A stretch of DNA of 63,582 bases, filler included, from Octopus bimaculoides (GCF_001194135.2; 6 parts of 6 records of this genome joined end to end with filler, not necessarily neighbours in it); one strand, 5' to 3'; positions 12,935 to 25,684 are shown, numbered from the whole stretch's first letter. A program made the numbers and translations. The notes: generated by a model from the sequence alone, not told the origin.

Positions 12935-13945
12935 TATACCTGGAAGAGTATGCGTGGCGTTCACTTAAATAATAATATAAGTAATATATATGCATATATG
13001 GGTACAGGACGTCACCGACTGTTTAAACAACATAAAGTACGAAAACAAGCGAGTTAAATACGCAAATAAAGAGGGAGAAAAAGGTAAACAGGACAAGTAA
13101 CACAAACAACGACCCTTCATCAATTGTCGGCTGTCTATCTACTCTTCATTTCGAGCATTCAATGACAATATGAGTCTTCGAAGACAGTTAGTTGCTCCCA
13201 TCACTTCCAACATCAAATTTCGGGTTTATGGAGGGTTAAAGTTGGGAACAAAAACAGGACAGTGGAGAAATACAAGGAAACCCAATGAAAACAAACATGG
13301 AGGATCGACAGACCAGAACGAGAAGAAAATAGTGAACGCTGGGAGAAATATTTTCTTTGAAAAGAGAAAAGATAGAAAAGACATATAGAAGACGTCCAGT
13401 CCTTTGAACGTCGTGCAGGAAAAGAAAGATGGTCAAATGAATGAAAGAAAGATGGACGAAGGTCACGTGTGAGGTCTCTCTCTCTCGCTCTCTCTCTCTC
13501 TCATTGCTCACACGTGATCATCGTCTGTCTATAGAAGCCACCGGGGAATGGCGAGCCAACGAACAAGAGACCAAACAAGACAGAACGTGACAAACAAACA
13601 AGACAAAATGTGGACATACGAACAAACTGAAATACCTAAACAGAATACGGCTTTAGGGATAGACAGGAGACGAAAATATAGTTAACGCCAGGAGAGAGAG
13701 AGAGACAGTGAAACGTAATGAAAGTGAGAGAAAGAGGGTGAAAGAAGGGAAAGGAAAAGAACGGACAAGAAGAGACATCGTACGAAAATATAAAACCACT
13801 CACTGTAAGCAAAATACGAGTAAGTGGCGTTCCATTAAATAATAAGTTTTAAAAATCATATTATAAATGCAGAAACAAACGGAAAACAGACACAGAAGGT
13901 CACCAAATCCTTATCAGTAGTTATCAGCGAGAGGGTCAAACCCAA
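12935..13945 (-). mobile_element. Penelope-type terminal-repeat (pLTR-like) non-coding remnant
   Basis: Diverged direct repeats gagta..gtggcgtt..ttaaataataa at about 12948 and 13818; minus-strand (C/T)TGATGAAGGG and CTCGAAA motifs. Confidence 0.45.
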
Positions 13946-14380
13946 TTTCGCGCCTTCAACGATAATATTGTTCCCATTTGTGGCGCCGGTAGAAAATCAG
14001 AAGTTGAAAATGGACTTGGGATCGTTTAGATATTTTTATTTCTTAGTTTTTAAAGGCTTAACCTATTTCGCTGATTTCTCTGGTTTTTCAAAAGTTGAGA
14101 CAGAACGCCCTGGAGCTACACTGCAACTGCCTTGCTTCTGATTGGAATATTTTAATTCTTTTTTTTTTTTCTTAGAGAGAACATAACTCAAATTAGTATT
14201 TGTTTTGGATTCGTTTTGATTGGCCGAGAATGATCACGGGATTAGGTTTAAGAATTTTCGTATGTTGCCCGCTACGTCCGTTCCTTAATGTCATGTGACA
14301 ATATGTTATTTGGCGCTGTAAGTTGAAACTGTCCCTAGACACGTTCACTCAAAAGTTGATACAATTGCGCGCGCGAGTGC

Positions 14381-14434
<54 letters not shown>

Positions 14435-14984
14435 NNNNNNNNNNNNNNNNNNNNNNNNNNNNNNNNNNNNNNNNNNNNNNNNNNNNNNNNNNNNNNNNNN
14501 NNNNNNNNNNNNNNNNNNNNNNNNNNNNNNNNNNNNNNNNNNNNNNNNNNNNNNNNNNNNNNNNNNNNNNNNNNNNNNNNNNNNNNNNNNNNNNNNNNNN
14601 NNNNNNNNNNNNNNNNNNNNNNNNNNNNNNNNNNNNNNNNNNNNNNNNNNNNNNNNNNNNNNNNNNNNNNNNNNNNNNNNNNNNNNNNNNNNNNNNNNNN
14701 NNNNNNNNNNNNNNNNNNNTATATATATATATATATATTTATACCTCTCTGTCTATCTATCTATATATCTATCTATCTATATATCTATCTATCTATCAAT
14801 CTACTTCTCTGTCTATCTATCCATTTGTCTGTCTATCTATGTATGTGTATGCGTATGTGTATGTATGTGTATGTATGTGTATGTATGTGTATGTATGTGT
14901 ATGTATGTGTATGTATGTGTATGCGTATCTTATCTAGGCATGTATAGATTGATGGATATATGTATATGTATGACTGTATGTACA

Positions 14985-15095
14985 TATGTATGTATGTCAT
15001 TATTAAGTATATTTCAAGATTTCTTGCCAACTGAGACAGCGCCGGTTTCTAACCTAGGTCCAAAGCTTCTTCCTTGGAATTTCAACATCATCGGC
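14985..15095 (-). mobile_element. Detached copy of the R4/Dong-like 3' UTR
   Basis: Reverse complement matches 56505-56610 (gatgttgaaattcca...gttagaaa.cg...ttggcaagaaatcttgaaata...aatgacatac). Confidence 0.8.
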
Positions 15096-15407
15096 AAAGT
15101 ATCTTTACATATATGTGTGTATGTGTGCAATATTTCGAGTTCGTGCATGTGGAGATATGCATCTGTCAGGAAATCTTCATATATATATTTAAATGGTAGA
15201 CGTATGGTATGTATGTATTAATGGTTTACTCAGGGCAGATGTGAATATGTCGCACTTCAACGATGGTGTGAGTATGATTGCAAAGATATTAAATGTATGT
15301 GGGTATACCTAGTGTTGTATGATGTGTTGATAGGCGTCATTAATTTGTAAAGCTGTTATAGATAGCATTGCGATTACAGCAAACATAAACAGAGGGAAAA
15401 AGGCATA

Positions 15408-15465
<58 letters not shown>

Positions 15466-15946
15466 CGTATATACATATACATATATATGCATATATGAAT
15501 GTATATATATGTTTACATACATATATACATACAAATGTATGTATACATACATATATATAAATACACACACATGTACATGTATATCGCAAATGTACACGCA
15601 TATATATATATATAAGCATTAACATACGTATGTATATATATGTATATACATACATGCATACATACATACATACATACATACATACATACATACACACATA
15701 CATACATACATATACACACACAGGCGGAAAAAGTGACAGAACGATTAGCAGAAATTTGCGATAAGAATATTAGAAGCTTCACTGGAACATGTCAACGAAT
15801 GAAACGAATGAGAAACAAGAAGATTTTCAAAATATATCAAATTCTTAGAAATGACGATTACACAGCGACTGCTTGAAAGCAAACGACAACAGTACATGCT
15901 TCTGTATGATGCGATCAGTGCTGGAGGAATACAGTTACATTTTTAG

Positions 15947-15991
15947 GGATTACATCAAACTTAGAAGAATCTAGGCTAATTTTGAACGATG
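15947..15991 (+). CDS. Candidate exon (G)ITSNLEESRLILND, phase 1-1
   Basis: ttacatttttag| ... GATG|GTAATC; joins in frame to 20627-20664. Confidence 0.25.
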
Positions 15992-16232
15992 GTAATCTAA
16001 TGCGCTAGCGAGGCTATGACAGGGTATGCTGCATTTTTCGTTGTCCTTTATACATACATATTTATATATATATATATATATATCCATATATATGAGTGTA
16101 AGTATGCATATATATCACCCATATATATGTGAATGTTCTGTATATAAGAATATATATACGAATATACATATGTATGCACGAAAAGACCATAGGAGAAGTT
16201 CTCTATTAAAACTGGTTCTGTCGCTACTAATT

Positions 16233-16267
<35 letters not shown>

Positions 16268-16439
16268 CATATATATACACACATATAAATATATATATAT
16301 ATATACATATATATACATATATATGTATGTATATTGTATGTGTGTGTGAGAAAGAGAGAGTATGTGTGAGAGAGAGTGTGTATGCGTCTGTCTGTCTGTG
16401 CGTGTACGCGTGCATGCGTATTACCTTGGACAAACATAA

Positions 16440-16635
16440 TCTACAGATGTCTCGTAACCGCGTGCGTATCATTGGCGATTTTCTTCCTCCGTCTTCCCCT
16501 CCTTTGGACTTTCCTCTATTTCTGACGAAGAGCTTTGCTCGAAACGTTAAATCCTCTTTCCTTCCTTTCCTGAGCGTCTGATAATACACTACTTGTACCA
16601 CGTCCTTGCGTTATTGTTCTTTCTTGTTTGTTCTT
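16440..16635 (+). mobile_element. Penelope-type 3' terminal segment containing a minimal hammerhead-like motif
   Basis: CTGACGA-AGAGCTTTGCTC-GAAACGTT at 16522-16548 in a pyrimidine-rich tail. Confidence 0.6.
16518..16552 (+). ncRNA. Minimal type I hammerhead ribozyme-like motif
   Basis: Core CUGACGA...GAAA, stem II GAGC/GCUC, palindromic ACGU stem III, stem I AUUU/AAAU. Confidence 0.5.
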
Positions 16636-17483
16636 CTTTGTTTCGAGTCACTATATANNNNNNNNNNNNNNNNNNNNNNNNNNNNNNNNNNNNNNNNNNN
16701 NNNNNNNNNNNNNNNNNNNNNNNNNNNNNNNNNNNNNNNNNNNNNNNNNNNNNNNNNNNNNNNNNNNNNNNNNNNNNNNNNATATATATATATATATACA
16801 CACGTATGTTTATTTACGTATATATTGTATGTATATTGTACGTGTATGTATGTACGTGCGTGTGTGTGTGTGCGTGATATTTACTTCAAAAATTTCTCTG
16901 AGATGTTCTAATAATCTCTTGCCCTGTCTTTCTGATGTTTCGTTGATTTATTTCGTTGATATTCGAAACCCTTCCGTCCCTACCAGAAGACACCTGGAGA
17001 TATCAGTGATCAGTAATAAAAGATGGACCAGATACATAAGACATATGTCTGCCATTAAAATGCAATTTATTGGCAGATAAATTAATTAATGGAAGGTATT
17101 TCTGTTTGTAGTTTGTTTACATATCTTTCAACATTAATATTTACAACTTGGTGAGTTTGATAGAATAGATTTTATAGCACTGTTAGTTTAGAGTATCTAT
17201 ATATATAAATCATATATAAAAGGAGATTTTAAATCAAGCGGTTCGCTCAAAGTAAAGACCAAACTGTTCTATAAAGCAACCAGCTGACAGTCTTCTGCCT
17301 CAATTACACTGCAAATGCTTTTACTCACGATGACAGGGAACGAACGTCAAAGCATTTGTTTCGCCTATGGAATACACAACTGTTCTAGTTTCATCTTTCT
17401 ATCAAGCCCCCCCCCCTTTTGTTATCTCATATGAGTGTGGCTGCAGCTTGTTCGCCACAGTAATGTGTTTTAATCCATTATTA

Positions 17484-17549
17484 GGCGTAGGAGTGGCTGT
17501 GTGGTAAGTAGCTTGCTTACCAACCACATGGTTCCGGGTTCAGTCCCAC
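17484..17549 (+). mobile_element. SINE family B head running into a gap
   Basis: ggcgtaggagtggctgtgtggtaagtagcttgcttaccaaccacatggttccgggttcagtcccac. Confidence 0.9.
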
Positions 17550-18439
17550 NNNNNNNNNNNNNNNNNNNNNNNNNNNNNNNNNNNNNNNNNNNNNNNNNNN
17601 NNNNNNNNNNNNNNNNNNNNNNNNNNNNNNNNNNNNNNNNNNNNNNNNNNNNNNNNNNNNNNNNNNNNNNNNNNNNNNNNNNNNNNNNNNNNNNNNNNNN
17701 NNNNNNNNNNNNNNNNNNNNNNNNNNNNNNNNNNNNNNNNNNNNNNNNNNNNNNNNNNNNNNNNNNNNNNNNNNNNNNNNNNNNNNNNNNNNNNNNNNNN
17801 NNNNNNNNNNNNNNNNNNNNNNNNNNNNNNNNNNNNNNNNNNNNNNNNNNNNNNNNNNNNNNNNNNNNNNNNNNNNNNNNNNNNNNNNNNNNNNNNNNNN
17901 NNNNNNNNNNNNNNNNNNNNNNNNNNNNNNNNNNNNNNNNNNNNNNNNNNNNNNNNNNNNNNNNNNNNNNNNNNNNNNNNNNNNNNNNNNNNNNNNNNNN
18001 NNNNNNNNNNNNNNNNNNNNNNNNNNNNNNNNNNNNNNNNNNNNNNNNNNNNNNNNNNNNNNNNNNNNNNNNNNNNNNNNNNNNNNNNNNNNNNNNNNNN
18101 NNNNNNNNNNNNNNNNNNNNNNNNNNNNNNNNNNNNNNNNNNNNNNNNNNNNNNNNNNNNNNNNNNNNNNNNNNNNNNNNNNNNNNNNNNNNNNNNNNNN
18201 NNNNNNNNNNNNNNNNNNNNNNNNNNNNNNNNNNNNNNNNNNNNNNNNNNNNNNNNNNNNNNNNNNNNNNNNNNNNNNNNNNNNNNNNNNNNNNNNNNNN
18301 NNNNNNNNNNNNNNNNNNNNNNNNNNNNNNNNNNNNNNNNNNNNNNNNNNNNNNNNNNNNNNNNNNNNNNNNNNNNNNNNNNNNNNNNNNNNNNNNNNNN
18401 NNNNNNNNNNNNNNNNNNNNNNNNNNNNNNNNNNNNNNN

Positions 18440-18497
<58 letters not shown>

Positions 18498-18724
18498 TAA
18501 TCGTACGTATGTGTCTTTTAAACAATGTTTGCTCCACATCTTATCAAGTATATTGTGTATGTAAGTCTATGTGCATGTGTGAATGTGTGTGAATGTATGT
18601 GTGTAAGCATAATTCTTCTCAACGAAGATTTTTCTCCGCCAAACAAGAAACAGTCCCTCCCTAACACAGCGTCAAAAACAACTTGAATTAAATGCCAACC
18701 GTCAAACTTAAAATAATAATGGTA

Positions 18725-19295
18725 ATAATACCTTCTACTAAAGGCACAAGGCCTGAAATTTGAGGGAAGGGGACAAGTCGTTTACATCGACCCCAGTGTT
18801 TCAGTGCTACTTAATTTTATCGACCCCGAAAGGATGAAAGGTAAAGTCGGCCTCGGTGGAATTTGAACTCAGAACGTGTTGGCGAACGAAATGCCGCTAA
18901 GCATTTTGCCCTGCGTAATAATAATGACAATTCGTTCCACTAAAGGCACAAGATCTGAAATTTGGAGGAGGGGACAAGTCGATTACATCAACCCCAGTGT
19001 TTCAGTGGTACTTAATTTTATCGATCTCGAAAGGATGAAAGGGAAGTCGACCTCGGCGGAATTTGAACTCAGAACGTAAGGGTGGACAAAACGTTGCTAA
19101 GCATTTTGCCAAGCGTAATACTAATGATGATAATAGCAACAACAACAATAACAACAAAGTAGTAATAATGGTTTCAACTTCTGGTAGAAGGCCAGCAATT
19201 TTAAACAAACGGGTAAATCGATTATATCGATCCCAGCGCTCAAAGTCGTCCTCGACGGAATTTGAACTCAGGATATAAAGACGGACGAAATATAT
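18725..19295 (-). mobile_element. Tandem cluster of three SINE family A copies
   Basis: Repeated aaggcacaag..ctgaaattt...gtcgattacatc...ggaatttgaactcag, separated by (AAT/AAC)n. Confidence 0.9.
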
Positions 19296-19464
19296 TCATC
19301 TTGACGTCATAATAATTTTTAAAATTTCGAGAGAACGTGAAGCAACCGGTATTAGTTTATTTACATCCCCCTAATAGCGGTTCAGTAAAAATATGTCCGG
19401 CAGAAGGCGTGCCATGCTCTAAGAAAATAGTACTAGTGTCAATTATTTGGATCAAATCCCATAA

Positions 19465-20271
19465 AGGGGAGGTGCTCAGCTGAAAAAATCATGGATCGAA
19501 AAGTGGATAAACGTTGATCCGTCATTATGAAATTCGCCGAAAGCATGGTATTAGCTAAAGGACAGTTAGCATGTGTGTGTGTGTATGTATGAGAAAGCTT
19601 TCCACAAAATGGGTGCCAAAGTGCCTGAATGCAGATCAGAAGCGCAACAGGGTTACGACATCGAAGGCGATTTGGCACTTCTTTGCAGCGTGAGAGGCTA
19701 ATTTAATGGCTCGTTTAGTCGCCAAGGATGAAGCTTGACTTCATTGTTGTGATCCCCCGACCAAGCAGCAACCAATGGAGTGACGCCACAGCACTTCACT
19801 GCATCCTTGGAAGTTTCGGACACAGAAATCAGCTGGAAAGATTCTGACTTCAGTGTTCTGAGACAAAGATGGAGTACTTCTCATAAAATATTCGCCAAAA
19901 GGTCGCACTATCAACGCAGAATGCTACATGTCTCTGTTGGACGGACTGCATGAAGTTTTGAAGCAGAAACGCCGTGGGAAGCTGAGTCGTGGTGTCTCTA
20001 TGCGACTTTGGGTTCGAATTTGTTGACCAACCACTTTACTCTCCTGACTTGGCCCTCTCTGACTAGCAACTCTTTCCACAATTGAAGAAACATCTCAAGG
20101 GAACGAAATTTCACACCGATTCGGAAGTGATCACTGCTACAAAGGCCTGGTTGGAGGCCCAACATTTCGAGTTCCTTTTTGCAGGGCTTAGAAAAACTGA
20201 AGGACCGTTGCAATAAGTGTGTGAATCTGTATTTTCTTTTACCCAAAGACAGGAACTTTTCAGCCCCACCC
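19465..20271 (+). mobile_element. Mariner (irritans/Hsmar2-like) transposase remnant with stops and an internal deletion
   Basis: KWVPKCLNADQK, QKSAGKILTSVF, KGRTINAECY, QPLYSPDLALSD, LKKHLKGTKF; TIR-like GGAACTTTTCAGCCCCACCC-ATA at the 3' end. Confidence 0.9.
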
Positions 20272-20422
20272 ATATATGCATTTATGCGTGTGTGTGTGTG
20301 TGTGTGCATGTGTTCGTGTGTGTGTAATAGGACATAAACGAATAGATGGATAGAGAGATGAACACATACATATATAAAGATGTTATACACACATATATAT
20401 TTATATATACATACGTATATAT

Positions 20423-20471
<49 letters not shown>

Positions 20472-20626
20472 GTATATATATATCATACATGCATACACAC
20501 ATACAGACATACACACATGTGTGAGTATATACGTATATAAGTAAATGTTTATCTATACGTATACGCTCCTGCCATTATGTATGTGTATCTATGCGTCAGT
20601 GTGTAAGAATGTTCTTTGTTTTGCAG

Positions 20627-20664
20627 CTGAAAAACAATTGGAAGAAGCATGGGAAAATATTCTG
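20627..20664 (+). CDS. Candidate exon (A)EKQLEEAWENIL, phase 1-0
   Basis: Strong acceptor gttctttgttttgcag|, weak donor CTG|GTTTGC (alternative GTATGG at about 20682); helical-looking peptide. Confidence 0.35.
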
Positions 20665-20885
20665 GTTTGCGTGATCTCTTGCGTATGGCCTCTTTGTTGT
20701 TTTCATTCTAAAAGAAACGTGTTAGCCAAAAGCTGGAGTCCATACATTTATCATTTCTGTTGCTACTACTGTTATTGTTGTTGTACTTCTCGTTGCTATT
20801 GATATTGCTGCTGTTGTTGTTGTTGTTATTATTGTATTTGCTGTTTCTGTTCGTTTGTTTCAGTTGCTGTTTTCTAGTTTTTCAG

Positions 20886-20960
20886 TTATACACAGATGAA
20901 TTATTTAAAAGTATTTCAGAGTATCCTCCCATCTCAAACCAACAAACAAAGCATTCTTAA
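20886..20960 (+). CDS. Candidate terminal exon LYTDELFKSISEYPPISNQQTKHS*
   Basis: Strong acceptor ctgttttctagtttttcag|, phase 0 compatible with 20627-20664. Confidence 0.3.
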   Translation, partial: LYTDELFKSISEYPPISNQQTKHS

Positions 20961-21754
20961 TTTGTTTAGACAATTTTTGTCAGGTTGTAACCAAGGTCTT
21001 GTCACACCCAGCTGTCTAATGGAATCTTTGTTGAGATTTCATTAATCTTTCACACTTAATTTTTTTTTTTTTCTAAAGAAAAAAAGTGGGAACCACAGAA
21101 ATTTATGTCATTTGCACCGAAACTAAAACAGTGTAACGCTTATGTCAATATATGTCTTTAAAACACTTCCAACTCCTGACTATGCAATCTGTGATAATAG
21201 GATGCATATTTTCAAAAGGAAATACAAATGTCGTCTGCTTTTAACCAATTCGTAATGGCCGTTTTCAACTGGTTTTTACGTCATCGAGAAAAATTATTTT
21301 TCTCAGTATTATTTTTATTGTTGTTGTCGTCGTCGTTTCTTTTGTTGATGATGTTCATTATATAAGGATAATGCAGATGGTGGAGTTCTGATGACAGAAA
21401 TAATAGCCGTTGTTGCGTAATGTCGTTGGTTCTGATTGTTGTAGCTTAATACTCGAAAAAGAAATGGCAGGTAAGGAGTAGCAGTGAGAGAGTTGAAGGA
21501 GAGAATGAGGAAAAGGAGGAGAGGAGGAGGATGGGAGGAGGATGAAGAGAAGGAGGAGGAGAGGAAGTGTGGACCATGGGAGTCGGGATGAAGTCTGTGA
21601 TGATGATAGGATGTTGGTGTTAACGGTTGAGATTGTGACAGCAATAGATGGAGTAAGTGTGGTTCGCCTTTCAAAGATCATAACAGCTTCCTGTCAATGG
21701 AAGTTAATTGTCGGATTCGCATTTCAATTGTTATTTGAAATAGGTTTTAACAAA

Positions 21755-21825
21755 GAGAAAATAAGAACTACAACAATAAGAACTACAACAATAAGAACTA
21801 CAACAATAAGAACAACAACTGTAGC

Positions 21826-21898
<73 letters not shown>

Positions 21899-21928
21899 CT
21901 GCTGCTGATGATGATGATGATGATGATG

Positions 21929-21981
<53 letters not shown>

Positions 21982-22057
21982 GGACAATAATCTCTGTATA
22001 ATGTAATCTCTATCTACCTCCGTCTTCCTCTCTCTCTCTCTCTCTCTCACTCTCTCT

Positions 22058-22100
<43 letters not shown>
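21755..22100. repeat. 15-bp tandem AATAAGAACTACAAC followed by (AAT)n-(GAT)n-(AAT)n, (CT)n and (CA)n
   Basis: Direct reading. Confidence 0.95.
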
Positions 22101-22101
<1 letters not shown>

Positions 22102-22323
22102 GATATTTGGAAACTATTCAAATATACAGATCTGGAAATAGAGATAACCACAATATGAAAGGGACACAAAACAGAAAAAATTCTATTAATGGGTGCTTGT
22201 CTTGGTGATTGGTGAAAAACATGTGCGAATAAAACTCAAGAATCTGCAATTATTCACAGCATAAAGCAAAATGCTGCTGCTGCTACAGTTAATAATAATA
22301 ATCATAATGATAATAATCCTTTC

Positions 22324-22395
<72 letters not shown>

Positions 22396-22807
22396 CGAGT
22401 GAGAAAGAATAGGAATGGCATGTACATACATTCTGCCAAAATTTGTCTCTGGCAAATATATTGGAAAGTAACAGAAAAGTTATCATGAAAGCCACGTGAC
22501 ACGCAATAAAACGATCAATTTATGGTTGCCATTTTACATTTGTTATTTTGTGGAAGATTAGAATGATCATTACACATTAACTAGTAGATTAACGAATGTT
22601 CCAGTCCAGTTACAGATTAAATGCTTCCAAATACTTTGACTTAAGTGGAGTTTATAACTTTTATTTATTTAGCTGTTTTTTGTTGATGTTTTTTTTTATT
22701 ATTATTCTATTCCTTCAGTCATGAAATTCTTGGCTGAATAATTAAATTATTAGAGCAGAAACACAGAAAAGTAGCTTCCAAATTTAAGATGTTATACACA
22801 CACACAC

Positions 22808-22845
<38 letters not shown>

Positions 22846-23289
22846 GCTTATACAAACATACATTTTTATGTATGTGTATGTATGTGTGTATGTATGTATG
22901 TATCCTTATATGCTCACATATTTATAGACATACACATGTGGTGTGTGTGCGTGCATGTATGCGTGTATGCATATGCATATATACAAATATATATATATAT
23001 ATTTGAGTATGCATATACATATTTATTAGTATAAATATACATATACTGTTACATATATTTACGTGAGTATATATCAGTGTGAGCGTGTTTGTGTGTGTGT
23101 GTGTGCGTGTGTTTGTGTGTAAAAGTGTATGTGTGTGTATACGTAAGTCTCTGTGCGAGTGTTTGCATACAAGCATATATATAATAAATAAATATATATA
23201 CATACTTCTTGGCATATATATATATATACATGTATGTATGTGTATGTACGTGTGTGTGTTATTTTTTGTATACAAGTATATATATATAC

Positions 23290-23575
23290 TGGCTAAGGCT
23301 TGGCTACTCTGCATTGACAAGGGGCAACACCCTGAAACTAGTCTAGTCTGCAGATGCCAAACCAGCAGGGGGACACTGCTGACCTCCCCTGTTCGAAGGT
23401 TATAAAGGACACAGGTTTCGTGTGTCACATAGCTAGCTAGAGGCGATGGCTTCTTGGAGCTAATTCACGGCAGCTTTCGTCCTAATTTTGGGACTGCCAT
23501 GTTGGCTTGGCGATAACTATTAATTTCCAGTACCGCTGCCGTAGTCTCCTTTAGAGAGACTTAGAAATATTAATA
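23290..23575. mobile_element. Short interspersed element with two degenerate hammerhead-like motifs on opposite strands (Penelope/retrozyme-like)
   Basis: + strand TTGACAA-GGGG-CAACA-CCCT-GAAAC (23314-23338); - strand GTCC-caaaatta-GGAC-GAAAG (23474-23494). Confidence 0.4.
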
Positions 23576-24344
23576 ACTCTATATATATATATATATATAT
23601 ATNNNNNNNNNNNNNNNNNNNNNNNNNNNNNNNNNNNNNNNNNNNNNNNNNNNNNNNNNNNNNNNNNNNNNNNNNNNNNNNNNNNNNNNNNNNNNNNNNN
23701 NNNNNNNNNNNNNNNNNNNNNNNNNNNNNNNNNNNNNNNNNNNNNNNNNNNNNNNNNNNNNNNNNNNNNNNNNNNNNNNNNNNNNNNNNNNNNNNNNNNN
23801 NNNNNNNNNNNNNNNNNNNNNNNNNNNNNNNNNNNNNNNNNNNNNNNNNNNNNNNNNNNNNNNNNNNNNNNNNNNNNNNNNNNNNNNNNNNNNNNNNNNN
23901 NNNNNNNNNNNNNNNNNNNNNNNNNNNNNNNNNNNNNNNNNNNNNNNNNNNNNNNNNNNNNNNNNNNNNNNNNNNNNNNNNNNNNNNNNNNNNNNNNNNN
24001 NNNNNNNNNNNNNNNTTGAGGATAAGATCAGAACATCAGTTGTGAATTTCCTCGAGTGTGATGTGTGGAGGGATCATGGACAGTGTTGCTAAACAGATTG
24101 TTGACTGTCCATTAGAGATTATTGATAAGAAGTGATAATGTACTTGGTCCTTGACGAAGGTATTTTTTTTTAATTTAGAGAGGTGGTGATGGTGGTGGAT
24201 GTGGGAAGAGGGGTCTTTTAAGGACTACGCGCGTATTAATAGGAAAAGGGTTCGGAAAAGAGGTCCATAATTTTAGTTGATATGAGGAGTAACCAATGTA
24301 ACGTTTCGGAATATTATCGTTCATCCAAATGTAAAGGCGAGAGA

Positions 24345-24376
<32 letters not shown>

Positions 24377-25074
24377 AGGGGTCAGAGTTAATAAAAGGGA
24401 GAAATGGGTGAAAGGAAGAGAAAAGGTAAAAGGGAGATAGAGGATTAGGGACACAGAGAAGGACAAATAAGGAGAGAGCAACAGATAGACAGAAAGAGAA
24501 AGAAAATGACGATATTTTATTCATTTACTTACTTTGCAACGGGAAGCGACACCAGATCCAATTTCTTTTTCTCTCTCTCAGACTAGGAGCAAGGACAATC
24601 CTGGCCACCAAACTCTTCTATATACTTTCCTGTGAATATAATTAAATCAGTTTGTTTACGTAGACCCATNNNNNNNNNNNNNNNNNNNNNNNNNNNNNNN
24701 NNNNNNNNNNNNNNNNNNNNNNNNNNNNNNNNNNNNNNNNNNNNNNNNNNNNNNNNNNNNNNNNNNNNNNNNNNNNNNNNNNNNNNNNNNNNNNNNNNNN
24801 NNNNNNNNNNNNNNNNNNNNNNNNNNNNNNNNNNNNNNNNNNNNNNNNNNNNNNNNNNNNNNNNNNNNNNNNNNNNNNNNNNNNNNNNNNNNNNNNNNNN
24901 NNNNNNNNNNNNNNNNNNNNNNNNNNNNNNNNNNNNNNNNNNNNNNNNNNNNNNNNNNNNNNNNNNNNNNNNNNNNNNNNNNNNNNNNNNNNNNNNNNNN
25001 NNNNNNNNNNNNNNNNNNNNNNNNNNNNNNNNNNNNNNNNNNNNNNNNNNNNNNNNNNNNNNNNNNNNNNAAAC

Positions 25075-25119
<45 letters not shown>

Positions 25120-25176
25120 GTAAACAACAAAAGAATGAGACCTTGATGTTAAAGAAATAGAGGATTATTTTATATA

Positions 25177-25405
25177 TGTTATAATTTAGAACAAACAGTA
25201 AAAAAGGTTGTTATTATAGTACTCGGAGTTTCAAATGTCGGAGCGAAGAGCTACGATGCATCCTCGTCGGCTATTAATGGTAACAGACGCTAAGAAAAAC
25301 TGTTGGCATTAATAGCCGACGAGAATGTATCGTACTTAGCTCTTCGCTCCGACATTCGAAACTCCGAGTACTATAATGACAACCTTTTGCTCTTTGCTCT
25401 AAATT

Positions 25406-25411
<6 letters not shown>
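25177..25411. repeat. 235-bp fold-back palindrome (about 110-bp arms, 13-nt loop), probable MITE/foldback element
   Basis: ttatagtactcggagtttc.aatgtcggagcgaagagct...tcgtcggctattaatg mirrored by cattaatagccgacga...agctcttcgctccgacatt.gaaactccgagtactataa. Confidence 0.9.
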
Positions 25412-25445
<34 letters not shown>

Positions 25446-25684
25446 TTTAAAAAATGGATCTTCGTCAGTTTGACGATGCATATTCTAGTTTCATTGAATT
25501 AATGTGTATTTATTTACACAATTCTATAATATTCCATAAGCAAGTGTTTTTTGAGCATATTTCTTCAGATAGATATAGAAATCAGTTAGACGTAGCAATA
25601 ATACATCCGAAGGGCTTCAGTATAATATCCGTCCACCCAGTTTTACTCGCACAGCTCGAGTCGATCCGTGGTGGTACATAATGA

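Noticed and set aside
15721-15876. 51-codon open stretch AEKVTERLAEICDKNIRSFTG...
   Set aside because: No polypyrimidine acceptor and no donor linking it to the downstream candidate exon
17195-17210. TCTATATATATAAA Helitron-like 5' end
   Set aside because: No matching 3' hairpin/CTAG end found; common in TA-rich DNA
24016-24300. Faint Penelope RT N-terminal-like remnant on the minus strand (HDPS)
   Set aside because: Too degenerate to support
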